From Mantamonas sphyraenae STR306 (lineage: Eukaryota; Protista; CRuMs): a stretch of 64,000 nucleotides of DNA. Below are positions 51,910 to 62,100 of this stretch, one piece after another (the first letter of the stretch is position 1; each line of letters starts with the position of its first letter). The stretch covers positions 248,001-312,000 of the forward strand of contig JAPMXV010000031.1 of assembly GCA_026936335.1 (NCBI GenBank), written 5' to 3'. A program made the position numbers and the translations under genes. Under the pieces are notes generated by a model that saw nothing but the letters and a program-made list of their open reading frames with translations, made no database searches and had not been told where the DNA came from.

Positions 51910-53481
51910 ATGTCGTCGTCCACGGACGAGAAGGAGGAGCGAGAACCCTTCCGCCATGTCAATGTTCTCTGGGCCCCTGTGGCTTTGCAACCTTGGCATG
52001 GTGCAGCCCAACAGTTGCGGGCTCTGCTGCTGGACAGCGACTACACCGCGTCGCCGCAGCAAAAGTCCCGCTTGTTCACCATCTACCAGCAGAATCCCTT
52101 TCTGCATGAGCTGGCATCGGTGACGTTTGGTCCGGTGCACTCGTCCAACCACACCCTGAGCATCCAGTATGTCCACAAGCTGTGCACACGGCCCACAAAG
52201 GCGCTGCGCTTTGTGTGCAGTGCAAACGTGTGCGTGCTTTGCGTGCGTGCCAGTGAGTGCACGGACGACTTGCTGAAGGGCCGATTTCTGCGATTGTTCA
52301 CACGTACGGTCTCCGAGCTGCACGTGGCAGGCATCAACTCCCTGGTGGTGGTTGTGTGCGACACCGAGACGGGCCTGTGGGCGGAAACCACGTGGACCCA
52401 ACTGGAGGAGACTCTGAACCAGCGATGCCAGCGTGCCGATATCAAAGATCATTGTGTGCTGGCGACGGACGTGCAGGGAGTTCCTGTGACGCCGGATGCG
52501 GACGAGTTTGTTCCGGCCGAACGAGGCCTGGGCGAGATCCTCCATGCCATCGACACGCGCAAGCGTGTGTCATCACAACTGTACAGACGGTTGGCACGAC
52601 CGTTGCTGATGTGCGTGCAAGATGTCTTTGAGGTGAGCGGATGCGGAACAGTGCTGATTTGCGGAATCGCCCAGGGCAGCCTTCGTCGAGGCTCGCAGCT
52701 GGGATTGGTCCCAGCCGAGCTGATGGCCACTGTGGACAGCATTCATTTCTTTGGGAAGGATGTGGAGGAAGCCACCGTGGGCATGCAGGTGGGAGTTCGT
52801 CTGGAAGGGCTTCGACGGGACGATGTGAAGCGTGGGATGATGCTCGTGGATCCACATGCCGAGGAGCCCATGCAGCTCTGCACTCGCATGCGATGCATGC
52901 TGTTGACATTCTCCATGCCTGGGTGGAGAGGGGCAGGCCCAGGACTCAAGCCGATCGCGACACTTGGTGGCAACCGCACAGAGGTTCGCCTGGACAAGCT
53001 GTTGCAGCTGATGGACGTTCAAACACAAAAGGTCACTGAAAGCAACCCTGAACGAATCCCCAGGTATCGAAGCCTCTCCATGTGTGAGTTTTCCACAGTG
53101 CGCAACGCACTCATCGCCTGGCCCATGGACAACAGCAATCACACCCCTGTCACAAGTCACATCAACCTCTACATCAGTGAAGAGCTGTTTGGCCTCATGC
53201 GATGTGAAGAGGTGCTCGAATCGTCTCCACCTCAATGGAAGTCCGCCGCCTGGGCTCCGGAAACCCACCAGCGGTACAGCAAGCCGCTGAGGGACGCTGT
53301 GTTTACCCTGTTGTGCATCAACACCCATGCTTTCTCCATCGAGACACACGAGGAGGGATGTGAGGACGAAGAAATGAGCGAAAACGACTCGGACGACCCC
53401 TTCCACAGCTCCACGTGGAAGCAACTGCCACAAGAAGTGCTGTTTCGAGTTTTCATGCACACGGCCGTGTTGTGGAGGTAG
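51910..53481 (+). CDS. eEF1A-derived pseudo-GTPase with an F-box-like C-terminal tail, paralogue 3
   Basis: Same architecture; HVNVLWAP occupies the HINIVVIGH position; tail WAPETH...LPQEVLFRVF. Confidence 0.82.
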   Translation: MSSSTDEKEEREPFRHVNVLWAPVALQPWHGAAQQLRALLLDSDYTASPQQKSRLFTIYQQNPFLHELASVTFGPVHSSNHTLSIQYVHKLCTRPTKALRFVCSANVCVLCVRASECTDDLLKGRFLRLFTRTVSELHVAGINSLVVVVCDTETGLWAETTWTQLEETLNQRCQRADIKDHCVLATDVQGVPVTPDADEFVPAERGLGEILHAIDTRKRVSSQLYRRLARPLLMCVQDVFEVSGCGTVLICGIAQGSLRRGSQLGLVPAELMATVDSIHFFGKDVEEATVGMQVGVRLEGLRRDDVKRGMMLVDPHAEEPMQLCTRMRCMLLTFSMPGWRGAGPGLKPIATLGGNRTEVRLDKLLQLMDVQTQKVTESNPERIPRYRSLSMCEFSTVRNALIAWPMDNSNHTPVTSHINLYISEELFGLMRCEEVLESSPPQWKSAAWAPETHQRYSKPLRDAVFTLLCINTHAFSIETHEEGCEDEEMSENDSDDPFHSSTWKQLPQEVLFRVFMHTAVLWR

Positions 53482-53611
53482 GATGTGTCATGAAGTGTCC
53501 ACAACGCTGCGTTCTGTGCGCACTCGCACACAACTCCTCCCTCTTTTTTTGCTACAACATCCCCACACACGCACGCGTGCACAATTGCCACCGCACACAT
53601 AGCATCGAACC

Positions 53612-56600
53612 ATGTCATTGTGGTTTGAGTACGTAGACGGCAGCGAGGATGACGAGGACGACAGGAGTGGGAGTGTGCACAGCGACGAGGAAGACGAGGA
53701 CGACACGGATGACATCGACTCGAACAAACACGTGCAACGCGCTCTGGCAACCCTTCGACGACTGGCACAGCAGTATAGCAGCACGCGAGACCAGTTTCAC
53801 GAGCTGCAGAGGGAAAAGATGAAGCATGAGGAGTTTGTGCGTGTGGAGCGCAGTTCACATGACAAGCTGAAGGAAACACTGTTGGGAAAGGAGGCAAGGA
53901 CAAAGACACGGGAGCCGCCTGCCACGCCGTCGTCTGCCTTTCTCTCCATCATGGACTGGGAGGCAGAGGTGGACGGCGGTGGAGAGGGCTCGTCCTCCTC
54001 ACACACTGCCCAGGCCTCCGGCGACGCAGAGACGACACAGCGTTCGTTGAGCACCAGTGAACGCATGCAACTGCTCACGGGAAGACGCAAGGTGGAAATG
54101 ATGGAGCTGCGTGGGGCACTGATGACCCAGCAGCTGGCTTTGCAGCGACAGCAGCTGAAGCTGCTCAACGAAGCACGAGAAGACGCGAGCGAACAAGTGC
54201 AAACCATTCGCGACAAGGTGATGATGATGCAAGGGGCCGAGAGCGATGGTGATGGTGCACAGGAGGAGCAACTGCAAGCAGAGCTGGAGGCAGAGCTCAC
54301 CCCGTGGACGCCTGTGCGTGTGGCCACCCTGTTGCGCACGGACGAGCGTGTGGCAGGCCTGTGGGCGGCGGTACGCGAGGCAGAACATGCGCTGGACACA
54401 CACAACGAAGTGACCCACAAAATGGTGGAGATTGGACAGGAGAATGCGCAACACAAAGCATCGCAGCTGCGTACTCTGCTGCACGGCGTCTCGAAATCAT
54501 TGGATGACAAAAAGAGCTCCCTGGAGTATGTGGTGCACAATCGCAACAGCACTGTGGCCCAAAACGTCGACTGTTTCATCGACCGCTTCTTTGCCACCGT
54601 GCACCAGTCCACGTCGGCATCCACGGACGACACAACCACCACCACCACCACCACCACAGTTGTCCACAATCCAAACTGCCCCGTGCATCACCTCGATGCT
54701 TTTCTCAACACAGCCCCACAGGACATCCTGGGCTTCATTGGACGCCTGGCCACGTATGTGAGCCAGGACACCGACGTGGTGGGCACTGCGAACGACGCCA
54801 CCACCGCATCCGCCGCACGCGAACTCGACCGCGAGGATGTCCTGCTCGCTTTGGAATCCCGCTTGTTTTCCGTCCTGCATACGCCCTGCAGTGCCATGCT
54901 GGGATTGCAGCAGGCGGACCAGGCATACAACGCCCAGTGTCTCAAGTTCAGCAGTGTGACACAACGGCAGCTCGGTCTATCCGCCTCTGTTCGCAGCTCG
55001 GAAGCCATGCCCTTCCTGTCTGCCATCTCCCACCTGCGATCCCTGTTTTTCTTCCACTCGCCCAGCAAGAAGATGTCCATTGTGCTGCGCGCCGTCCAGG
55101 CCATCTACGACAGTGTCAAGGCTACCCAAGCACGCAGACACACAGGCTCCTTCCAGCCCCTTACTGTGCTCGTCTCTGCCCTCAGCGAGCCTCACGATGC
55201 AGACTCGGCCGTCGTCCAACGCATTGGTGACGATGACGATGACGACGACGACGACGAGGAAGACGAGGAGGAGGACGAACCAGAGACGATCGCCGCTTCT
55301 TCATCCTCCTCCTCCTCCTCCTCAACAGACACACGCCGTGTGAGCATGTTTGCACGTGCATCTTCGCATTCGTCACTGTTTCACAACGTGGTGCCTCCTG
55401 AAGAGACGGGTTTGATGAGCCAGGAGGAGTTTGAGCGCATTCTGGTGTTTGTCCTGCTCAAGGCTCGCGTGGGCAGCCTCCACACGCAACTGGCCTACAT
55501 GCGTACCTTTCTGCGCAAATCCATCCAGGAGATGCCCAACGTGGCGCTGCTGCTGCACTCGATGACGCGTGCGTCGGAGCGAGTGGCCAAATTGGCCCCT
55601 TCGGATCTGGCACACGACGACGAGGGCGAATCCATTGTCCACCGGCCTTTCCTCGTCTGCGAACGCCAGCGCTATTTGGAATGGGCGGAACGAGACGAAC
55701 ACCTGGAGGTGGTCGACCCGCATGTGGTGCTCAAGGGGTATCGACTGTACGCCGTGCCCGAGTGGGTCTCCAACCCATCGCAGGCCTACAGCACCATTGT
55801 GGTGCACACGGGCAACCCAAGTCACACCCTCGTGTGTGCCGCCATCCAATGCACTGCACGCACCAGTGCCTCCCAGCAGGTGTTTTTGCGCAACCTGTTC
55901 TTTGAACCCTCCACCAGCCTGTTGCACGCCTACGACACCGGCCGTGGCGTCATCCTGTTGGCTGACCTGTCGCTGATCCCAGCTGCAGAGATGGAGGGTG
56001 ACCAGGTGTCCCTTGTGGCACGCATGCCCTTTTCCTACACATCATTGTCGGCCTCACCAACACTGGGCATGCGCAAGGCACATCTCTACTCCTCTTCTTC
56101 CTCCTCCTCACTGGTCTCTGTGTCCAGCGACAGCAGCAGTGGCAGTGGCAGCAGTGGCAGCAGTGGCACAAGCGCCACCAGCGAGGTGTTTGAAATCCAC
56201 TTTGATGACCAGGCCATCCATGTCGTGCCCATGACCTCTGGCGATTTCGACGCACAGGCTCCCATGCTCACGCTTCACATCACCATGCAGCGGCTCAACT
56301 GCGACATTGGCCAGGGCTACCCGCTGGAATTGGACATTGCCGACATCGACAAGGAGCACCTCTACAGCGCCTTCCGGTTGCATCCGGACGACTTTGCCTC
56401 CTTCCAGGACGCCGTGCAACATGTCGTCCGCGAGATCCAACTGTTGTTGCGTCTTCTCCACCACCTGCCTGCTTTTGCCAAGGCAGACGGCAAGTTCAAC
56501 GATCTCACCCTGGGTGCGGTCAAGTCGTTCCAGGCCGCCCACAACGCAGGTCGTCATCGAGCTCTGTCGCCCTCCTTTTCCTCTTCCTCTTCCTCTTCCT

Positions 56601-59119
56601 CTTCCCGCTCCATCGATGTTCTCCTGGGCGAGGATGGCGTGGTGGATGCAAACACAATGAGCTGTATGCGTGCCAGTCTGCGTGCCTCGCTGGATCAGCT
56701 GGCCGTGCTTGGCTTCCCATTGCCTGCCACCCAGCGTCCTTTCGATGTGTTTGCCCAACATGAAGTGGTGGCCGAGCTCATCCGTGAGTTCCAACGTTCG
56801 GTCAACCTGTTCCCCGACGGCCAACTGGGCAAGCAGACCCTGGAGCAATTGACGCGCATGAGCAGTGGGCTCAAGAAGCATCCACGTGGGGACGGTGGCG
56901 ACGCAACGGGCGACGCAAACGGATTGGACGAGGAGGCAGCTGCACGTCGCATCCAACAGGCGTATCGTTCCCATCGGCTGGTGCAGCGCTTCCAAAACAC
57001 GAGTCACTCGCTTGTGGCGTCGTCCGTATCCAAGATGGGTCGCATGCGCAACAAGGTGTTCCACGAGATTGTGGTGTCGGAACGTGCGTACGTGGCCGAC
57101 CTGGAGTTTTGCTTGGACACGTACCTGCGACCGCTGAAGTACGGTGCCGTCAAGATCCCGTTTGTGCGTGCCGAGAACAAGGAGAAGCACCGGTGGGTGG
57201 ACAGCGGCCATATCCTCCACGAGCAGCAGGTGGAAGCTCTGTTTTCCAACCTGGATGTGCTTGTGTACGTCAACAGGGACCTACTGCACCGGCTGGACCA
57301 GCGCATGGACGATTGGCCTGGTGTGCAGCGCATTGCGGACATCTTTGTGCAGATGAGCGAGTATCTGCAACTGTACACAACCTACATCAACGCATTCGAC
57401 ACTGCCATCGACCTCTTGGCCGAGCTGCAAGCCAAGAGTGTGTTCTTTGCCGGGTTTCTCCAGCACCAGCAGCTGGCCCACGGTGAAGAGCATGGCAACC
57501 GCGATCTTTCCTCCTACCTCATCACACCCATCCAACGCATCCCTCGGTACCGCCTGCTCCTCGAGGAGCTGCTTGAGCACACCCCTAAAGAGCATGTGGA
57601 CTACGAGAACTGTGTCATTGCCCTTGACAAGAGTACGTTCGAGTCGCTCGCCCACTCGCCCACTCACCCACCCTCACCCACTCACCCACTCACCCACTCA
57701 CCCACTCACCCACTCACCCACTTCACAGTCAAGCACCTGGCAGACTTTGTCAATCAGATGCGACGACGCCATGACCTGGCCAAGGAGCTTCGGCACATCA
57801 GCCGCAGCTTGGAGAACGCACCTTTCCCCATTGTCACCGCCGGTCGCAAGCTGATGCGCCAGGAAATGCTCCGCACCAAACAGGGTGCCAATGTCGTCCA
57901 ATGCTGGACCCTGCTGTTTTCCGACGTCCTGCTGCTCGCGGTTCCCAGCGCCGAGGGCCAGCTGTACTCGGTGCAGCATGCCCTGTGGTTGGATGGCCTA
58001 AAGTGCAACGATGTCGCGGACAGCGAAGCGTACCGCAATGCATTTGACATCGAAGCCAAGGCGGCAGGCAATGTGGATCAGGTGGAGCACGCCCTGCTCA
58101 TCTGTCCCAGCACCATGAAGAAGCTTAGCTGGATGCGTGAACTGGGTCAGGGGGTGCACATCACCGACTCCAATGGCATGGATGTGTCGCCTGTACCAGA
58201 GACGAGCTCCCATGCTGCAAGTGCAGCATCGGCCAGCAGCAACAGCAGCAGCGGTGGTTCCAACACAAACATCCAAGAGGTGCATGACGAGGTGACACGC
58301 GTCTTGAAGGACACTCTGGAAGCCATGGCGTTCCTCAGCGACAAAATGAGTCGCAAGAACAGGGTGGCCAAGGAGAGTGTGCAACGCATGCGTGAGCTTG
58401 CGCGGAAGAACGCCGTGGCGGTAGAGCGATTGGGCGAGAGCAACGATCGCTTCAGTGGCCACGTGCGTGCCCTGCACGAACAGTTGAACAAACACCTGGA
58501 TGCGGTGGTGGCAGAGGAACACGCACGCCAGGTGTTGGAACTGGAGGCGGCAGAGTTGACGGCAGAAACGCAGGGGTACGAATCGATGCAACTGGGCCTG
58601 CGCAACACAAAGAAGCTCATGGAGGGTCAGGTGTCTGCCGTGACACAACGCATCCAGGTCGAACGCAACCGCGTGCAGGAGCTTCATGCACAGAGAAAGG
58701 CGATGCAGGACAAGGTGGACCAGCAGCGTGCACAGCTCCAGGCCTACCAGGAACAGGAGGAGAGCCACCTCCAGTACAAGCAAGACGTGTACGACCAGTT
58801 GAATGATCTTCACACGCAGCTGGCAGCACAGGAGGAGGAGAAACGCCAGCTGCAGCTGCGCCTCGACGAGTTGTCACGCGAACAAGAGCTGATGAAGGCC
58901 AAACTCACGGCCGCGGCCAATCGCAAAAAGAGCCGTGTGCAGGTACGAAAGGGAATGCAGGATGGCACACAGCCTGCACGTGTGGCCCAGGCAAACAATG
59001 CGCGTGCAATCCACGATCTACAGCGCCAGGTCGACGCCCAACAGCACGAGTTGCAACAGGCACAGGCTGTCCTGGATGCACAGGATGCACAGGATGCACA
59101 GGAAGATGTCGACTTCTAA
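53612..59119 (+). CDS. Large multidomain GEF: coiled coil, degenerate VPS9, Stb6-like region with PG-binding-like helical repeats, IQ, RhoGEF DH-PH, coiled coil (probable intron 57633-57728)
   Basis: VPS9-like PFLSAISHLR...SPSKKMSIVL; LKGYRLYAVPEWV...IVVHTGNPSH; DGKFNDLTLGAVKSFQ and IREFQRSVNLFPDGQLGKQT; IQQAYRSH; DH EIVVSERAYV...YLITPIQRIPRY.LLL.ELL..TP; PH LLFSDVLL...KLSWM. Confidence 0.85.
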   Translation: MSLWFEYVDGSEDDEDDRSGSVHSDEEDEDDTDDIDSNKHVQRALATLRRLAQQYSSTRDQFHELQREKMKHEEFVRVERSSHDKLKETLLGKEARTKTREPPATPSSAFLSIMDWEAEVDGGGEGSSSSHTAQASGDAETTQRSLSTSERMQLLTGRRKVEMMELRGALMTQQLALQRQQLKLLNEAREDASEQVQTIRDKVMMMQGAESDGDGAQEEQLQAELEAELTPWTPVRVATLLRTDERVAGLWAAVREAEHALDTHNEVTHKMVEIGQENAQHKASQLRTLLHGVSKSLDDKKSSLEYVVHNRNSTVAQNVDCFIDRFFATVHQSTSASTDDTTTTTTTTTVVHNPNCPVHHLDAFLNTAPQDILGFIGRLATYVSQDTDVVGTANDATTASAARELDREDVLLALESRLFSVLHTPCSAMLGLQQADQAYNAQCLKFSSVTQRQLGLSASVRSSEAMPFLSAISHLRSLFFFHSPSKKMSIVLRAVQAIYDSVKATQARRHTGSFQPLTVLVSALSEPHDADSAVVQRIGDDDDDDDDDEEDEEEDEPETIAASSSSSSSSSTDTRRVSMFARASSHSSLFHNVVPPEETGLMSQEEFERILVFVLLKARVGSLHTQLAYMRTFLRKSIQEMPNVALLLHSMTRASERVAKLAPSDLAHDDEGESIVHRPFLVCERQRYLEWAERDEHLEVVDPHVVLKGYRLYAVPEWVSNPSQAYSTIVVHTGNPSHTLVCAAIQCTARTSASQQVFLRNLFFEPSTSLLHAYDTGRGVILLADLSLIPAAEMEGDQVSLVARMPFSYTSLSASPTLGMRKAHLYSSSSSSSLVSVSSDSSSGSGSSGSSGTSATSEVFEIHFDDQAIHVVPMTSGDFDAQAPMLTLHITMQRLNCDIGQGYPLELDIADIDKEHLYSAFRLHPDDFASFQDAVQHVVREIQLLLRLLHHLPAFAKADGKFNDLTLGAVKSFQAAHNAGRHRALSPSFSSSSSSSSSRSIDVLLGEDGVVDANTMSCMRASLRASLDQLAVLGFPLPATQRPFDVFAQHEVVAELIREFQRSVNLFPDGQLGKQTLEQLTRMSSGLKKHPRGDGGDATGDANGLDEEAAARRIQQAYRSHRLVQRFQNTSHSLVASSVSKMGRMRNKVFHEIVVSERAYVADLEFCLDTYLRPLKYGAVKIPFVRAENKEKHRWVDSGHILHEQQVEALFSNLDVLVYVNRDLLHRLDQRMDDWPGVQRIADIFVQMSEYLQLYTTYINAFDTAIDLLAELQAKSVFFAGFLQHQQLAHGEEHGNRDLSSYLITPIQRIPRYRLLLEELLEHTPKEHVDYENCVIALDKSTFESLAHSPTHPPSPTHPLTHSPTHPLTHFTVKHLADFVNQMRRRHDLAKELRHISRSLENAPFPIVTAGRKLMRQEMLRTKQGANVVQCWTLLFSDVLLLAVPSAEGQLYSVQHALWLDGLKCNDVADSEAYRNAFDIEAKAAGNVDQVEHALLICPSTMKKLSWMRELGQGVHITDSNGMDVSPVPETSSHAASAASASSNSSSGGSNTNIQEVHDEVTRVLKDTLEAMAFLSDKMSRKNRVAKESVQRMRELARKNAVAVERLGESNDRFSGHVRALHEQLNKHLDAVVAEEHARQVLELEAAELTAETQGYESMQLGLRNTKKLMEGQVSAVTQRIQVERNRVQELHAQRKAMQDKVDQQRAQLQAYQEQEESHLQYKQDVYDQLNDLHTQLAAQEEEKRQLQLRLDELSREQELMKAKLTAAANRKKSRVQVRKGMQDGTQPARVAQANNARAIHDLQRQVDAQQHELQQAQAVLDAQDAQDAQEDVDF
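57652..57720 (+). repeat. (CCCACTCA)n-type microsatellite inside a 96-nt intron
   Basis: Repeated cactcacc units lie between donor gtacgt (57633) and acceptor cacag (57728). Confidence 0.8.
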
Positions 59120-59154
59120 TGTGCAATGTTCATTTCACACTCTAAGTACTCGAC

Positions 59155-62100
59155 TCAACGCGCTGTCTGCGGTCGACGTGGCTTCTTGCCCCGTCTGCGT
59201 GCCTCTTTGATTTCCACACGCGACAAATCAATCACTTCCTCCTCGCCGCCGCCGTCCTCTCCTTGCTCCCCTTGCTCATCGTCGTCGTCGTGTGCCACTC
59301 GCACGCTGATCCCTTCCACATTGCGCCTGCGTGCAAGCGTCGGACGTGCACTCATGGGACGCCGTCCGCCTCCTCCACTGGTCGATTTGCGGCCTCCCTT
59401 GCTGGCCAGTTTGGCATGTGCACTTTGCGGCCTCCCACTGCTTCCCTTGCGCTTCTTCTCCCTCTCCGCCGTCCCTGCGGCTGCCTCCTTGCGCTTCTTG
59501 CGCACTTCTGCCGCCTGCTTGCGCTTCTCCTTCTCTCTTGCCTCTCGATCCTTCATAAACTCCTGCATGCGTGAGAAACGACCATTCCATGCACGAGACA
59601 CCGTCCCTTCGGTGCCCAGCAGACTATCGCGACACTGCTCCACCACAGAACGCACCTCATCGGGCGTCCCAATGGCCTTCAGCACCACAGCCAGGTTCCA
59701 CAGCACATGACTGCGTACCAGGTGGGCATCGGCATCCATCCGTTTGCGCTTTGCCTCCCGTTCCCTCCTCTCCTCTTCATCCTCCTCATCCTCCTCATCC
59801 TCGCCTTCCAACTCTTCAGTCCCTGGGTGGTCGTCCATCCCATCCACACTCAACAGTTGCCTGCGTGCGCGTTCACGTGTCGGCGCTTGTGATCTCCCCT
59901 CTCCTCCCTCCTCCACCAACGACGTCGACCTGGACACCCCTTGCAACCCCTTCAGCTGCGTAGGCGACGCCGTAGCTGTGGGAGACCCTGTTACCACAAT
60001 GTGTGGGTCTACAGACCCCGATGCTCCGAGCACATGCTCACTTCCACTGCGCGAACGTGTCATCCCACCGTCTGCACTCCTATTGGATCCTGACGAGCCC
60101 ATGCTCGTGCTGCGTCGTCGTCCGCCTCCCCTTCCACCGGCCAACGGTCCATCGTCGTCCTCTTCATGGCCTCCAGCTGCCCCTCCAGCGCCACCACGTC
60201 TCTTTCCACTCTTGCGCCGTCCCGAGCCGTTGGGTGGTTTCAGAGCGGTCCACACGTCACGTGCCTCCTCCTCCATATTGCCCTGTCGGTTGCGCTGCGG
60301 CAGAGGCGTGCTTGCCCCGCTGCTTGACCCGTCTCCTCCCTCTTCCCGCTCGCGAACAGAAAAGTAAAAGTCCAGCTGTTCCAGGCACTGCTCCAACACA
60401 CCCTTTGCGTCCAGATGGCGCCCTTGAAGCTCCAGACTGGCACCCACCCTGCAGTTCAATGCACACAGCTCCACCACACCCATCTTGCGAGCTCGCCCGG
60501 CCGTCAACGCCTTGCGAAGATACGACACGGCTGCGCCGTACATGCGACGCTTGTAAAAGTACATGCCAAACGTGTTCTGCACCATGATGCGCATCTCGCT
60601 GCGGTTCGGAGTCTTTTGATCATTCAGCAACTGTTCGCCCAGCTTCAACAGACGCAGTGCCTCTTCTGTGCGCCCATCCTGCTGCATGCACTGACGTGCA
60701 AACACAGTGCACGCCACAACCGCCGTTTCGCGAGCAAGGTATGTTTCCAGGTGCTTGTGCCCAAACAGCTCCTCGCGGGAACTCAGCACACTCTCCAACG
60801 CCTGCACACACTCCACAAACTGCCCGTGTTGCATCCACCGCGTCGCCTCCTCGTTCATGCTTACCATGCGCAGCAACGCTTCGTAATGTTGCGGGTACGC
60901 GTCGATCACCGACGAGTAGTAGTTGGCAAACTCGTATGCCTTGGCTCCCAGCAACGGTTGCATGTGTCGCCACCGTCGCTCTCCATACGGCAGCAGTGGA
61001 CACCATGTCGCACGCGGCATCTTCAACAGTGACACGTGTGCCATGTTGGAGATTCCAATCGCATGGTCCAAATCCTCCTCCTGCTCGTCTGCCTCCTCCT
61101 CCTCTTCGTCTCTTTCATCCTCCAATCCCACTGTCTGTTTGCCCTTGCTCTTGCCCTTGCCCTTACCCTTGCTCTTGCCTTGACCTTGACCGTGCTCCGT
61201 ATCCTCTTCCTCCTCCTCTCCCCCTTCTTGAGCCTCTTCCAGGATCTGCGCATCCACGGGCGTCAACCACCACTCCACCAGACCCTTCTCCTTGCTATTG
61301 TTGCCACTGCTGCCACTCGCTGCCGATGGCGCCAGGTCTCGCTCCACTCCATATGCCGCCGCCTCCTCGGCTTGCTTGCGTGTCATGCCTCCCTCGTTGC
61401 CCGATCCGTCCGAATCGCCCGCATGCCCTGTGCCCCCTGCCTGTGACGCCGACGAGTGTTCACCACTCATTGCCGTCATCTCCGACAGCAACGAGTGCAT
61501 GGACATCTGGTCGGGGGTGTCGCGTTGCAGTTGCATCGGAGGATGTCCGGCATCCATGCTCGGTGCTCGCTGGCTCGACACACTCGATCGTCCACTGTGT
61601 GGCAACATGCTCAGGTTCCATGGTGACATGGGCATGCGCTCTGCACCTCCACCGGGACCTCCGGACACACTGCCACTGCTGGACATGGGACCGTGACCCA
61701 TGCGCGCCGAGGCACTCGCTGGCAGGATCATGCTGCTCTGGTCGTCCAGACCCACGCCATACACACTGTTTGCTTTGTTGCGCTTGGCCTTCAACACCGC
61801 CAGCGCCTTCCAATTCTTCAGTTTGGTCACCTCACGCTGCGAGCGTTCGTCGTGTTTGCGTGCCACCTCCAGCTTGCGTGTCAACTCCTCCTTCTCCGAC
61901 TTAAGTTTGGCAATCTGCGCCTCGCTCTGTTCAATGTGTGTCTTGTGTTGCTCCTCCAACTCCTGAATGGCTCGGAACTGCTCGTCGTACGCCCGGTACT
62001 TGTCCTTCCACTCTGTCTTTTGCTGCTTGCGCAATTGCACCTCTTCGTCCCACGCCTGCTTTGTTTCCGCCAGCCTCTCCTTGGTGTCCTGCAATGCATC

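Noticed and set aside
48757-53481. Calling these genes functional EF-1alpha, EFL, HBS1 or eRF3, or calling them pseudogenes
   Set aside because: All GTP-binding motifs are absent, yet the three frames are intact with a conserved added tail, which argues against both readings.
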